From positions 1-53,473 of the forward strand of contig NW_024705336.1 of the NCBI RefSeq assembly GCF_018977255.1: a stretch of 53,473 nt of DNA, given 5' to 3'. Position 1 is the stretch's first letter. Every line of letters begins with the position of its first letter. Position numbers and translations under genes: made by a program. Positions 1 to 15,000 of this stretch are shown here, piece after piece. The notes under the pieces are model-generated. The model was given only the letters and a program-made list of their open reading frames with translations. It searched no databases and had not been told where the DNA came from. The DNA comes from Callorhinchus milii. Lineage: Eukaryota.

Positions 1-3000
1 ACGGTGGTGTGGTCACCGGCAATGTGATCACCCCGCTTGATCGACACCAGATTAACCCGGTCCACATGGATCACACGGCGCCGCGGCAATGAGATGGTAT
101 ACACTTCCCCTGAAGCACCAGGATATACATTAATTCAATTAAGCGTCCACAAGAAGGAGCAGACAATTAATCGTGGGTATGTACCCACATTCATAACCTT
201 GCCGCGCGGTGGGGTTTCGTTTCTGGTCTGTGACCTATAGGACGATGTGTGTTCCAACCTGTAGGGTACTAGTTTATCGCAATTCTTAGCGCGCAGGTAT
301 AAGAACTCTCGCCGTTAGTGCGTGTGATAATTTACCACGGGGAGGTTTCATTACATTGGACCGGTTCACGATAAGTTGTTATGTTGACAGTGTAGGCGGT
401 TGCTAACCGAAATAAGTAGTCTTGCGGACTGTGCCCTCATGGATGCCGGCACAGTGGCGATGGCTGGCGCTCGGAAGAGGAAATTTTCTCAGCACATCAA
501 ACTTTGACGTTGGGATACTGCTAGGCAATTAAAAGCGGTCACATCTCCTGCAACTGTCTAATACACCTCAACCTACCAAGAAGGACAAGGTCCAAGATGG
601 GGGTGGTTTGCAAGCTTAGTTCGTCAAGCCTTCAACCATGGCCTATCAGTATTCCCCGTGAGGAAGTTTAATGGGCGATGCGCTTCCCGTCGGATAAGTC
701 AAGCGTAGGTTACTGCGCTCGATCAAACGATACACCGCCGTAATAAGTTGACAGGCCTCGGTTTATGTGACTCTCTCTCTGGAGTGCGGAGTAACTTCCG
801 GATGAGCAAGCGCCGAACTGCTTGGTAAGAAGGCGTACTGTGTTGCGGCGCACAGGCCTGATACATACCCGTTAGAACATCGTTGTAGATTTCGAAAGGC
901 ATCGTGGACCACATTTCAGGATTTTCTGACCGTACTAAATTAGAAGTGTACCGCTTCTTCGTGACTTTCTGAGAGTCCGCCAATTTAGTGGATACTTAGC
1001 CGCATTGCAACGCTGCATGAGGCTTTGGCCATCACGCCCTGACAAAGTTCTTAGTCGACCTTAGCACACCGAGGGTCTTAAGTTCGGTTCTTGTACAAGA
1101 ACGTTATCTCGATTTTCGGGGTAGACATCCCTTGGCACGCATCCAACCTCGATGGCCTTGGAAATACAATTCACCCATGGCTGACAAGAAACACTAACTG
1201 CAATACAACGGGGGGGGAGACCAAACTTCCAAGAAAGCGTTTCCAACGCCGTAAGTCAGATTCAAAAGCCGCGTTGATAATGCCTCTGCCGGGGGGGGCA
1301 TTAGACACCGCTACTGGTTACTGAATAGTTAAGTCGTAATACCTATGTCGATGCTTTGGGGAACAGGGCGACAATTCTGACAGAAGTGCTGGTAAAGGAA
1401 TTTGGGTATACTCGGCCGACAAGTCGGAAATCCAAGTAACAGCAGCCTCGTCAGTTCTCCGCGCATACACGTTTCAAGGGTATGGACATGGCAAAGGGCT
1501 ACGTGTGCATGCACTACTAGTTTATTAGCTCGCATGTCACACCGCGGAATAAATAAATATACCTAGTGGAATTAAGTACGATGAACGAGAAGCGAGCCAT
1601 GACTGACGGGGAGTATGTAAACACGGACCATACTAAGGCTGGGTCGCTTATATAAGCGCCTCCTCGTGAACGGGTGACATACCGGTCCGTCTGAATGATG
1701 CGCCCTAAAATTTTCACCTAAATGCTCTCTGATACCAGTAGATTCATGGGCACGATCTGGGTATCCCTGCTATATAATGTAAATACTTAGCACGCAGTAA
1801 CTCGAATACCATATAGATAAAGATTTATGTGTAGGGCCTGGATGTATAGGGGGCAATTAAGTAGTGGAGCTCCGTGTAAGTTGCTGCACTCGTCAAGCTT
1901 CCCCTTCCCAACACAGCAATCCTAGCTGTGCGGATCGATAAATCAAAGAGTCTATCCCCCGTGCGATTCTTAGGTGGTGAGTAATATCACTATTGGTTTC
2001 TACCCCACTCGGTTGTATGGATCTAAACCATCTTAGCGCTGTACAGGTTCCGTAGCCGTATGCGATAACCGGCATATGCAATCTTGGCGAAGGTCGATGT
2101 CAGTTTTGCGCATTTATATGGTTAGAATGATTGAAGTGCCACCACGGTCTTGGCTATATTTAAAAAGATGTTGATTCCGCACATAAAACTAATATGGTTA
2201 CCTGGAGGTGTATACTCATCCGTTTATATAAAAGCAACTCAATGAGGTCGGAAAGCACAGTCCCGTCACCGTTGGAGGCGGCACAGTAGAGCTTAACGCA
2301 ACAAGCACCGAACTTGTCCACCATCCCCAGAACTTATTAGTGCCAGACAGGCTATAGGTTTCTTCAGGAACACTCCCTCGGCCATTTATGAAGGGGAGGT
2401 TACCGTCATTCAGTTCCCTGGCCCAAATCCAATGCGCCCTAATGATGCGTAGTACGAGTGCGCCCTTCTCGAAGCCTCAGCGGAGGCGAAGTACAACGCA
2501 TCGTGAAATCAAAATATTAGACAATACCGAAGTATTGTACCCACATGTGGTAGATTTGTACGGTGTGCCAACGAGTTTTGATACTCACGATCTCATATAC
2601 ACCGCGCTGGGTCACGACTGTGTGCGACTCACTGGTCCTATGTCTGCGTTTTAATTGCTCACACCGTGACTGCGAGCTCGCTACTACAGATGGTTGTTTA
2701 GCCTGACAGGAACATGGCAAAGCCCCATCGTCTCAGGGGTGAGCGAAACCGGCGTATTCCGAATATTGGACAAGAATTGCATACTAGCCCCCTCAGCTGC
2801 GCGTCAACTTTATTTCCGTAGAGACGTTAACAACTAATCGGTGTGGACGTCATAATATATGCTGTTAATAGTCTGTTCGGCATTGATGTAGCTTGGCATC
2901 TCGAAATCCCGTGCCGACTAGAAGGAAAGGCGTGCTGACCTCAACCTCGTGCATCCCTCGTAGTGACATTTCAAGCTAAACGGCGGGTTAGTTCAAAAAT

Positions 3001-6000
3001 AGCCGCAGAATGTGAACTCTCATTATCCATGATGCCTCCACCCTCACAGGGCCCTTAGCCTAGCGCGACGTGGACATAGGAGCGTGCTCAGGTGGAAGTC
3101 AAGAGGGGTACACAAAGTAGTCTACTCTCGTTAATTTACTGAAGTTGTGAGACCAGTGATCTACTTTGTGTAGACAGTACCTTTTAGAGTAAACCGGGTT
3201 CTAACATATGCCAGGAATTCATTTATACTTGGTTGCACTTCAACGGTCAATAATCAGGTTCAGCGATAGCTAGTGGCCCAGACTAGTCCCCTCATACGGG
3301 AATCAAGCACTAGTAGCTCTACGGCGTAAACGGGTCCCGGAAAAAATTATCCCAGGCAAGTGGTAAATTGACCGATAGATGAATAGGTGTGCGGGGAATG
3401 ATATTTAAAGATTCTGATATTAGACCTAAATCACCTACTTGTGACCCCGATGCATCGCAACGACTAGTGATGACAATAACCAATAAACCGCTGGATTATC
3501 GTCCACGCAAGACCGGCTCACTGATGAGTACCCTATACCTACCAATGGCACTTCGAGAGCACTCTCGCTTGAGTCACGGGCACCATTCTCGCCTGGTCAT
3601 ATTTGATTAATTTTTATAAGTTTTGACAGTTTTCTTAATAAATCTCCGGAGTCAATGAGCCTGTGACAAATTTCACACCCTTTCATGCAAATAGTGGAGG
3701 AAGGGTTAGCCGGGCGTATCAAGTCTCAACGGCTTATCTAATAAGACAACGCTTGTGCATCGGGCTCAGAGCTTTATGATGATTAGAATGGAGGGCTTGG
3801 GTTGACGTTCAATAGGCTGTGGATCGGTTCGCCCCGATTTGCACTCAAGGGCTCTACTAAGTATGAATTATAAAATGGTGAAGTTCAGTTGGCAGATCCG
3901 CTAGAATACGGACATAGATGTGTGCTGCCACATGCGACTTAAAACATCCTGCGCTTTTTGGGCGCAACCAATGTCCGAACGTGCGAATAATACCATGGGA
4001 TCGGCACCTTTACGATATGAAAGGTGTAAAGAGGCGGTAGTTAGAATAACGTTAGACGCCATCGTCTTAGATCAGCTCTGGGGAGTTGATATCTCTGTAG
4101 TTAGGTCGGGACTCCTTACCCCAGAATGAAGTCGTCCAGGATCTCTCCGTGCTGGAGCCCGACTGGTCCGTGCTTGCAAAGGTCGCTACAACAGGGGTTC
4201 GAAGCATAAATCCCTAATAGGGTACCCTTAAGACTACGCCGAAGGCATGTTAAACCGTGTGTGCCACAACCCGGATGGTCCTCCCCTGCGACTTAACATT
4301 TTAGATTAGCTGCAACACAAGGCTTCGTCGCCGTTCCTAAGTGGGTACCTCTAGCAGTTAAATAATTAACTTAATCACAAGTGCTGGGCCGGCTTACTGT
4401 ATGCTGGTGGACTCGGAGTAACGTATCCTACTGCCTCAAGATACTAGCAACCGCGTTTGCAAGTGGGACCCTGGCAAGTTGGCTGAGTCCACTTTTTCCT
4501 GCATGCGACGAGACTCGATGAACCATGGACAGTCTGGAGGAGCCAAACATTACGCCCATCAGTGCTTACACACGATTCCAAGTGGGCATGGATGACCGCG
4601 GTAACGCGAGATCCTAGGCCCAAAGTGAATAGGGCATTCCCCTTCTCCTAACTATTAGATCCGGTTCGGTTGTTTATAGAGACCCAGTAGCTAGACCTGA
4701 ATTAAGCCGGTCCATCGTAGATTGCGAGTCGAGTGCTACTGTGGTATTAGGGAGGGGACAAACACATATAACACTCTCGATTCCCTATCGTACACAGCCG
4801 ATGGCCTTAAGACCGGTCAACCTCGTGTATATTGGCGACCTCGACCGCGTAAAAGAAAACAGTAGTGCTATTCGGGGGTGCACATGAGAGGGAGGTAGAC
4901 TACCACTATTAACCAGAGATCCTATTTAAAAGCGTCCAAGACCTGGAAGCCGGGACGGGGTTAAGTATACAACGCACTCCACGAGGAAGATAGCGCACGA
5001 GACTCTGTAGGGCTGAAAGGGGCCATAACAGGAATTTGACTACATAAGATTTGCATTCGGATACGTTCGACGGCTATCTGGGAGATAGCCGATATGTTTG
5101 CTGAGGAAGTCACCTCGAGTGAAAGGCTAGCATAGATTAATTTCAAACTCCGCCTTGATACCTTCAACAGTTAATGTGGGGCTATTACTCCACACGCGAC
5201 CTGTCCCATTAGTAAGACCTCCTAGCATCTGAGTAGCGAGACGTTGAGCAATGCGACCCGAGGTGGTCACCCGGTCATCTCCTGTCGGATGTTATGAAAA
5301 AAGCGAGAAGCGATGCTGCTCCCCTCTCGCTGTGGTAGATTGGAAGAAATCCAGACCAAGTAGGGTGCTGAGTTTGGTGGGCTTCTATGAGTAAGTCCGG
5401 TAAAACGATAAAAGTAATGCGGAAAATAGAGCACAGGATAGTGCCTGCCCGACGGAGTGGTTAAGGGTGCAGCAGGAAATCAGACGCATTATACTGCGTA
5501 TTACGAGTAGGAGCAACCAGCATCTTCTGGTTTAAACATTGCGAAATGTCCCCCCATGTAGTGGTTCTGATAAAGTAGCACAACGCTAATATCGCACCGC
5601 ACATGAATGGCACTAACAGAGATCGAATCTGCGTTCGCGGGCATCGGAGTAGTGTTCAATGTAGCGGATTGATGGGTAACTCCTTCCACAAATTTTCACT
5701 CGGGTTGATGCATATTTATACGGTTTCAGCAGTGATATCCCTCCACAGAGTTTGCGCATCAGCCCCCACCCCAGACCTAATCCGGGATCGTGCACTGACT
5801 CATAATTTATGGATAAAGTTAGCCTCCGAGAAAAACGTAGGGAACTGGCGGAATTCTGAGGGCTGTGTGGGACCTCCTAAGTCACCAGGCTATTTGCAAA
5901 AATAGTAATAGATCGGCTGTGATGGCGTACGGTCAATGCGTCCACGGTGGGTTGCCGACTATAGTCGAGGCGGTAGGAGCACAAATATGTCCCAACCATC

Positions 6001-9000
6001 TCCCGTAGATATGGGCCGCACCACCCCGGCTACGTACCATCCATGGCATTCCTGGAGTGCTGTAACCTCTACGGGCTGTTATCCCCCTATCGAATAGTGC
6101 TGGACAAAGCTCTCCCACGCCCCATCCGTTCGAGCTCTGCATATAGAGAAGGCCGGAGCAATCGACGTATTATGGCACACGGCCACTACCAATTTTTTCG
6201 AAACCCACTTGTTCCGTATGCGGTGATGGAGAAGTCGGCGCCGGTTTCCACCGAGACCGGAAGTAACCTGTAGCTCATTTTGGAACTGTACTGATGGCTC
6301 TTCATTCTGTAAAGGACATCAGGGGTGTCCATATTTAGCGGTATCGACTCCGCGCGGTACGGAACTAAAGCTAATCAAACTTGGTTTGAGCTGGAGTTGC
6401 TCCCACAATTTTGCGTTTGATGGTTGCAAAACTTACACCGCGAGCACTTTGATTAAGGCACGGCGTCGTCAGGTAGCAACAAAAGGTGTATCTTCATTCG
6501 TCAGCCGCCTGCCTTCGAGCGATTTTTGGTTAATTGGGGCACAAGGGGTGGGACGAACACGCATGGCGGTGCGCATCCTGGTCGCAGTATGCTCGCCTTG
6601 ACCCGATAAGAGCTGTCCCTGTTCATATGCCCAATTTTGCCAAGGCCCTAGCGCGGAGTTTTTAGTGGTCTCACGAGGGTTACGGTCAAACGTAAGGTAT
6701 TGGTTTGCCTGGGAGCTGAATATGCTTCACATTCGGCGAAATATGTTCGGGGGCAGATTCGGCGTTGCGGAAACTATCACCAATTGTTGTGAGTCCCCCA
6801 CAAGGGTCCCGCGCACATAGTGGGCAGACCCCGTCTCCATGGAATATACATGCTGCCACTTATTTCGGCCCTGTATCACCACTAGACAATACTGTAAGCG
6901 GTCTCCGGCTTAAGAAGATTAGTTCCCGGAAGAGACGGCACTGACCCAAATCTGGCCTTCCCTGGAGGGAGATGGGGAGCGGGGAAGGGTACTAGGGGCA
7001 CTACCAGTTCAGATGGCTAGGTTCAGTAATAATATCCGACGGAAGAGGCAGCAAGGGTTTTTGGCACGCCTAGCTATCTAAGATCAAAAATTGACTCAGT
7101 GTTTCATTCTATTTAATCATCTACATATAGGAAACCATACCCGATACAGATCATCGGGACTGCTCAATAATAACTGATACAAGGCGAACAAATCGGTTCG
7201 TACCATGAAGGCTAAAAAAGTAACGCAACTATCTTCCCGGAGATTGGCATAGCCTACCCCTTAATTCGCGACGAAGCTACGGGGCGTTCGAACAGATAGC
7301 GTTGGGGTTTTACGGTTGCGAGTGGCTCCTATAATCAAAAAGTAAGTACTTGTCGCCAAGACCCGAAAGTTAGACAGGGTGAGAGGTTTAGGTAGAAGGC
7401 TACGATGACGAGAGAGCCAGACGCGATGTCTTTGCTGCCTGGTCAAACTAGGACCTTAGTGGCCTCCAGCCTTCCAAAATCTGCTACATAAAAGTAGATC
7501 TAAATGGTAAATTAAAGACCGGCTCCAGGGGGCTAGGGACACTACTGGTTATCCCTCAGCCAGCAACCCGCAACTTTCCACGGTTGCCTCCCAAATTTTC
7601 CTCTCCTCACTGGATGTCCACGAGGCGGCCACCGCGAGTACGGAACCGAAATAAGTGTGGGCGTCAGCGAACAATGAACCGTGACCGAACTAGTCCCCGC
7701 GGCATAGTCAAGCTCCTCCGTCCTAAGGGGGATCTGTATGAATATGCGCAACGTTAACGTCATAACTATTAAGATTCACACATCCCTGCGGTTGTTGGAG
7801 ACATGTTGATTACGGACGGTATAGAACAAACGTGATGAAATTAACACTGTAAATACAGTATCACTTAGCCAAGGCACACATGAGAGGAACGTCAAGCCTG
7901 ACAACGCCTCATGCTATCTCCCACGGAACATTTTGGCCTATAGCCCCTTCACCTCCATCTTGATTAGGTGATTCATCTCGCCACCGAAGGTCAAGTCGGG
8001 GTAAAGTTGTTACGGAGTCGACAGCAGAAGAGTGGAGCTCAATCCAGGCTGCGGATTAGCCAGGGCGCGCTGAGCATATTCCCATGCTTGGAGTTGCTCA
8101 CTTTAAACGACTATGGCTTGATACGCATGAGCAGGAGTCAGTCGTCCTCACGGGAAGACGGTAGTATTGAAGAAGGACGACGTTTAAATGTGCCCTATGC
8201 ATGTGTCGAAGAAGCATTCGTAACTTACGTCCATTTGTGGCGTGCACAATCGCCGTGGCGAGAACCGTTTTCCCTTTTGTGCCCGCACAGAAGTACAATC
8301 ACCACCAGAGGCCTAGACAGACGTTGCATTGGCTCTGCGTGCACTCGCATATAATCTCATCTCAAGTCAAGAACGATTATGTTTTTGGACACGGATGTCC
8401 GTCTGGCTGACTGTTGACTCGGAAGGCGCTTTAGTCCGATGTCGCCGAGCAAAGTGAAAATAATCCTTTGGCCAGTCCAGAGCACTCATCATACCAGGAG
8501 TATGCTACTCTTCGCCTGCCAAGGAAGATTGGAAACATAGCCTAGAATGAATAGGTGAGGTGACATGGAGGCCTTCTCGTAGAGAGTCCTGCGCTGACGA
8601 GAGCCACAAATCAAATATCATAAGTACGAAGAATAAGGCTTCCCGTAAGCGGTGTGACAGAACACGGGGTCTACTCTCGTACCCATGACAGAAGAATCAT
8701 AGGTGCAAGGCTTGCCAGCACCGAGAACGTCTGTGACCTTACCCAGATCTGAGCACAGTGGCACCACAGTAGATAGATCCGTTTTGCACTCCAGTAGATT
8801 ATGCCGGTTAAAATTCCTCACGATCAGTAGAATTTACACTAAAGCAGGGCGCTGCACGTTCCTTGAACTAGCAGTCAACGTAGACGAGTGTTGAAGTTCC
8901 TCCACGGACTTTTCCTAACACACCCTCCTGGCAATGACTCAGACCACCTCCTATAAAGACCGTACATGTGTGCGATACTGTCTCGGTCTTGTCCTTTCAT

Positions 9001-12000
9001 CGAACGCGACCCGTTAGAGACCGGGTTTCCTGTGAAACAATGCCTGCCCGAAATTACTTCGTAGATCACTCAACCCCGTTTCACGGGTACGAGGTCTATC
9101 CTGTTAGGGAAAGTCGCCAGTTTAACGGGGCCATGCCCAGTACAGGTGTACGCGTATCAGACCTAATCCAAAAAAATAGAGCAATGGCGTCTTCGAAAGC
9201 TGGAGTAATCAGCGTCAGGTAGCCTACGTATGACCAGGATGCCTTATCTATCGTACAGTTGCGTTACCTAAATGTTTAACGCCTGACCATGGTACCGTAA
9301 AAGACAATGTCATGAGTCAAGTAGTTAAAACCCGGGCGGTTCGCACTTGCCACTGCTGATGTCCGCCAGTGATCTACTGGATAGCAAGCCAAGTTAGAGC
9401 CCAATTAGAAGTTGCAATAGTTATATGTCAGGGGTCCCGAAGCCTGCAAGCGTGCTGCGGATCATCTCGCGGAGGCGTTTACATGAACATGCAAACACCA
9501 ATAGTAAAGAGTCGACCCTCAGGTACGCTCGCCTGGGAATCCTAAACATCACATCGGCAAAGACCGTAAAAGCTGCCATCCTGTGCTCCATCGTAGTCGG
9601 CCAAAAGAAATCCTACGGGAGGGGGTCCAGCGAGACTCCAGACGTAGCACCTTTGACATGGCAACATTCTTACATTATCAAGTAGTATCAGTTACGTCTC
9701 TGATGAGGTAATAGCCAAGAGACGGGATGTGACGCAGAGGTGAAAAAAGTTGCGACGATTTACGTACTCACTGTCCATAGAATGAAATCCAAAGGGGTAT
9801 GTGAGGGCATCTTAGATAGGCTTATGCGCGACGAGTGGGAATACATTCGATCTCTGCAGAGTATGAGTTATGCGAGAGCTAGCCAGACCACTAGAGGGAT
9901 CTGGGGGCCATTACTAAACTGTTCTAGACTTTCCGCCAGAAGCCTTCTAACCAACCACGGGAGACACATTCACCGGTTAACCTTGTGCTCAGGGCCCGAC
10001 GGCTCCAGGCATGCACTCGAATCCAAATATTAGCGTAGACTTACCCTAATACAGGTTAGCTGTATTCGGTCAGGATGGGGAGAACGCGTCGACTAGAGGG
10101 ACAGTTACGGAAATGTCAGGCGTCGTTTCCGTATTAGCCCTGAAGAGGCCCCAAAAACGACAGACCTACACCGTGAATGCTGGGCCTTCAGGCCTTGACT
10201 GGGTAAAAATGCAGGATGTGGATGTGGCGACCGCAAAAGGTACCTACCAAGAACTAGACAATAACTACTCCTCTCAATAACTCGATATTATCGTAAAAAC
10301 GGCTTGCATAAACGGTCGGAGCACAATCCGACCTCATTATAGCGCAGGGGGGATGCAGTAGACTGATCGCGACCTCTAGATAATCATTGCATATTCATAC
10401 TCGAACTGAGACCTCAAAGAATCGTGGTTGAACGAGTACTTATAATACTGTTCTTCGAAATTAAGGCAGGAGGTACCAACCTGACACGATTAAACGACGC
10501 ACAAAATAGTGGCCTCGTCCTAAGCCCGCGGTAGACATGCCTTAGTAGACAAACGAATTAGGATCAGTACTAAAAAATTGCGAGAAGGCGAATTTATCAG
10601 GCTAGGGCGACTGAGCTCACCGGTTGACTTGAGTAAACCTGTAGTCGGGGGCATACGTGTCTGAGTTTGCGACTTGGCCATTCGAGGCCCCCCAACGACT
10701 GATAATAGGGAAATTTTGAGTTACGTTGATATGAGGGTTACGGCGCGCCCATAAGTCCGAGTCACATGACCGGCGTGGTCGGGAGGTTCTGAGGCATGTC
10801 CAGGATAGTCTTTTTGCAGCAAGTGATCTGTTAGTTCGCCTCCGATTATCGATATTCGTACAGCCCTCAAATGCATCTACCGCTATGGAAGGGCGTTCCC
10901 TGATAGCAGAGACCAAGCGACTTTAGGCACCGTCCAGACGCAATAGAAACGGTATTCAAGCATATAGGGACTCTAGCTAATTAACAGTCTGCGACCGCTC
11001 CGCAGTGATGTGTGGACGGGAGTGAAGCATGTATATCAGATCGCAAGTTGGGACCGCAGTCTTCACGACTGCGAACACTCCAGGTTCGTTGGCATCAGTC
11101 GAAGATCGGATAGAATTTATGCACGCAAACATATGGCCATCTAGGAACGTGATTACCGAGACGGCATGCACTGCCAGCGCACGCGCCCGATCAGCTGGAG
11201 TCCCCTATTTAGTGATATACTATGGTTAAGTAATAGCCTTAAAATAAGGAGGGGAGAATTCGGTCATACGCCGGGCCTCTACGTCTGTGATGTAAGAGAT
11301 GCAGGACTGCCGCCCAACGGTAGATATGGTTTTGTTTCACTTGAAGTAGGTCTCCGCAACCACCTATTAAGATCCCACAAACTTCAGTCTGGCGACGCTT
11401 TCGAAGTGTACTTTAGGGCACTGCTAGGTTTCTCCAGGTTCGGTCTTGGATTATCTACATGGTAAGGAAAGAGCAGTTTACGACATCCAAGGTGGATCCA
11501 TTGATGAAACTCCAGGAGCGCTCGCGTGAGAACGCTAATTGATATACCTCGCCCATATGGGCGTCGGAACGTATAGGCAACTAAGGACTAAGTAGGTGGA
11601 ATAGCAAGGCGCGAATAGTATATTTCGACTAAATTTCTTCTCGATGGGGTGAACGTATATTCGCGATTATGCTATAGCGAACGGACCCGGACCCGTGTCG
11701 TGGGGCAGAAAATCTTGGGCCTAGAACAGTCCCTCAAACGATGTAATGAATAAGACGGTTACCCCGGTACTTTCTAAGGTACAACCTTTCTTTATCATAA
11801 CAAGCCCGACGTGGGGTCTAGGCTAGGCAATATTGATAGGTAACCTCAACGATAGCCCCGAACGGATACAGAGGTACTGCAGACAACAATGTGTACCGCG
11901 TCTTGGGTAATGTGAAGTATAGTTTGATTATGTCGAGAATATTGAGCCACTGGGATTCACGTGTGATGGGTGTGGAATAATGGAGAGTGCTACGGGGTAT

Positions 12001-15000
12001 GGCAGTCGCGCGTAAACTGTTTTAGCTCCTCTCATCCCCAACCTCGCTGCAGGACTAAAGCTACCGAACCCACACTGGGGTCGGCAACAGACTACAAATG
12101 AGCTCTTAGGGGGTGGTAGAGTCAAACAGTGCTCACCGCCTCAGGGATAAGCAGCTAGGGGATTTGCGTGTAATCACCAACTACAGCAAAGCGTGTCCCT
12201 AACGATCACTTTATTCTGCAACGTCTGTTCTGAATTAGGAGCCATCAGCTGTATCAGAACATCGGATTACAGCGCGGGAGCTCCGCCCAGACCTATATGA
12301 TGACAACAATGTACAAACGGTTGGTCCTTGAATTCAAGAGTGAAAAACAGTACAGCGGTTGGATGGTAGTACGCGGTTAGCGATAATTCGTCTGCGTAGC
12401 ACTCAGACGCCTTAATTGGAAGGTCAATGCAGCTCACCGATCGATTCCGTTTGGTGTTTGATTAATCGGCGGTTAGTCGCAGGTCTGACCGCCCTATCTT
12501 GTATTTGTTACCATTTTGGGGGGGGTCGTCCCATTTAACCGAGAGCTCACGCGAAGCGGTACTCTAACATTAGCAGTGTCTACCCGAATGTACTTATAGA
12601 GTATAGTTTCCTTGACGAATCCTATTCTGGACACGAGATTCATGTAAGAAGAAGCTCTTTAAACCCTCTTTTTACAGGGCATAAATTGAGGGTTAAGACC
12701 CTTGAAAACTTAACTGTGACATGCGTCACTCATGCGTAAACGTAGTTTGATGTCTCGCGGTAAATCCCAAGTCAAACGATCTGTGGTTCGTTGGTTACAA
12801 CTCTCTACCTGCGCGAAGTGATTGCGTACCCCGGCCGCGGATAAGACTTACGGTCGATCACATATCATCGCTATGTCACATGGAGCGTGGATCCCTCTTC
12901 CATAACGAGCGGAAATCACCGTTGTAGTACTCATTAAAATAGAATCCTGCCGATCGAAAAGCTAGGCACGCCGACTCGGAGCAGATCCGCAGCTAGACGT
13001 TGAAATACCCGCAACCTTAGGCGTACTCTCAGATCTAGGGTCGTTGCTTCGGTGCCGTTTAAATCAGGACACGCTTATATGGACCTTCTATGTATCCGGA
13101 ATCGGGTAAGGAGCCTTCACAGACATGACGCATTCACATATATTTTCCCATAACCAGGGCGTGAACTGGAATTGTGTGCGGAGACACTCAAACTACGTTC
13201 AACCTCGGAAAGCCACCATCGGCAGCCTCTGATCTAGAGGCGGAGGGTAATTTACAGAGATGCGTGGGTATGGTAGGGTCGCATGAGATCGGCCGTGCCG
13301 ACATTGCCGAATCTGAGCACGGTACTTGGCGTCTCCGGCCATTGAGTGTTAAGGTTCAGAAATTGAAGTAATGGTCCCTAATGGCATTTAACCAGAGCCT
13401 TCGCCAGTGGTCTTGTCTCATATAAATCATGCCGAGTTCGGATGCAGAATACCTGCCCTGGTTAAGAGCATCCTCGAGTATCGTTATTTAAAAATACTAG
13501 TAACCGCGATACCGGCGGCCAACGTTTAGCTAATGGGAGAGAGCGTTGGCCAATATGAAAGCTCGCATAAGTTAGACGCACACAGAGAGGTCTCGATACA
13601 ATGTGCTCTCTCGCGTCCGTGCATTTCATCGTAGTATTGACGAACGTAGCTGCAGTAGGGTTGCGAGTACACGTTATTGTGATTACCTTTCGCTGGGCTC
13701 TATGATACCGTCGGATCATGAGCTCTCTTAGAAAGGTCCGAAATCGATTAGTTTTACATAAAGTTTGTTCTCAAGATCGTCATACGAATATAAACCAGCG
13801 AGCAATCAGCCCTTGCACAAAATACATCCAAAGAGTATCACGAGCTTTATTATAAGTGGTAAACTGTGGAGTGGCCTCCTGGATACTGCTCACTTTCCAC
13901 GCGTTCAATCCCTTAACGACCTTCCACGGGCACTCCACACCAGGAGTCTTCCGCAGAAACCGAATCACTCCATCTGGTACGGTTTGAATCCTGGGTACTG
14001 CACTGAGGGCTTTGTTCCGAAATCCGTCCGCGTATCGCGTAAGCGTACTAGCGTGCGTGGATGTCGATTCGGCCATCCCAGGTTCTCCGGCGCCTCCAGC
14101 CAGAAAGATATCTAAAAGGGAACGAACCCCCTAAGACCAAACTGTCTCAATTCACACCATGGACACCATAGTAAATGTGAAGGTGCCCGTGTGGCTCGTC
14201 GTCAGTGTCCATTGGTAAATAGCCAAATATAGCCCAGATTCATCTACGAGGTTGCTGTCGAGCATTTAAAGTTCCGTCATAGGGCCAGGGGCCGGGGGAG
14301 ATGGCGTACATAGTGTGGGTCCCGCATGAAAGCAACTTTTGGTGGGCATGAGGACCCCTCGTATTATGTTATATCCTCAGGTGCATGACCGTAAGAGGAT
14401 GATAGGGCGGCAGCCCAGGGCATCGACACTCCTGTTGTAACAGACTTCAACAATCGTGTGAGCCAAAGCGGAAAAACACCGACATCTCCGCAAATCTCAA
14501 CAGATGTTCTGATGTTGAGGGGCATTGCCATCTAGTTAGCAATGTTCTCCGCTATACCTTAGACACTCCGATACTGGCTACTAGCTGTCTTTTATAATGG
14601 CCCGGTTATAGTGGATCAGTTACTACTAGTTTCCTTGACCAAACTCCTACCTGTACTGAAAGAGACAGTTTCAGAATACAGGCGGAGCAATTGAGTAAAG
14701 TATGGCATGTAGAGCCAACACCACTGAGGTTGCCCACCGCCTCAGTTGTGTTCCGTCATTACACGCGATCTGGGAGGCTAGTGCTGTCCGATCCCTCCAG
14801 ACGATTTATCCGGTCTTCCTCAAAGAAGAGTTACAGAATTAAGGCAAAACGCCAAAGGCAAAAAGTACAGGGAGAGATAGTGGTACCAAGTATCACTCCT
14901 ATACGGGCGGTCCGGTGTAACGACATAACCCTGATTAGCACTTGTTGGAGTGGAGGGAGGGACGGTTTCGTAGGGTCTCCCAAGGTAATTCGGTACAACG

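Noticed and set aside
12604..14639. 13-mer tagtttccttgac occurring twice
   Set aside because: About two such matches are expected by chance in 16 kb of random sequence, and the match does not extend.
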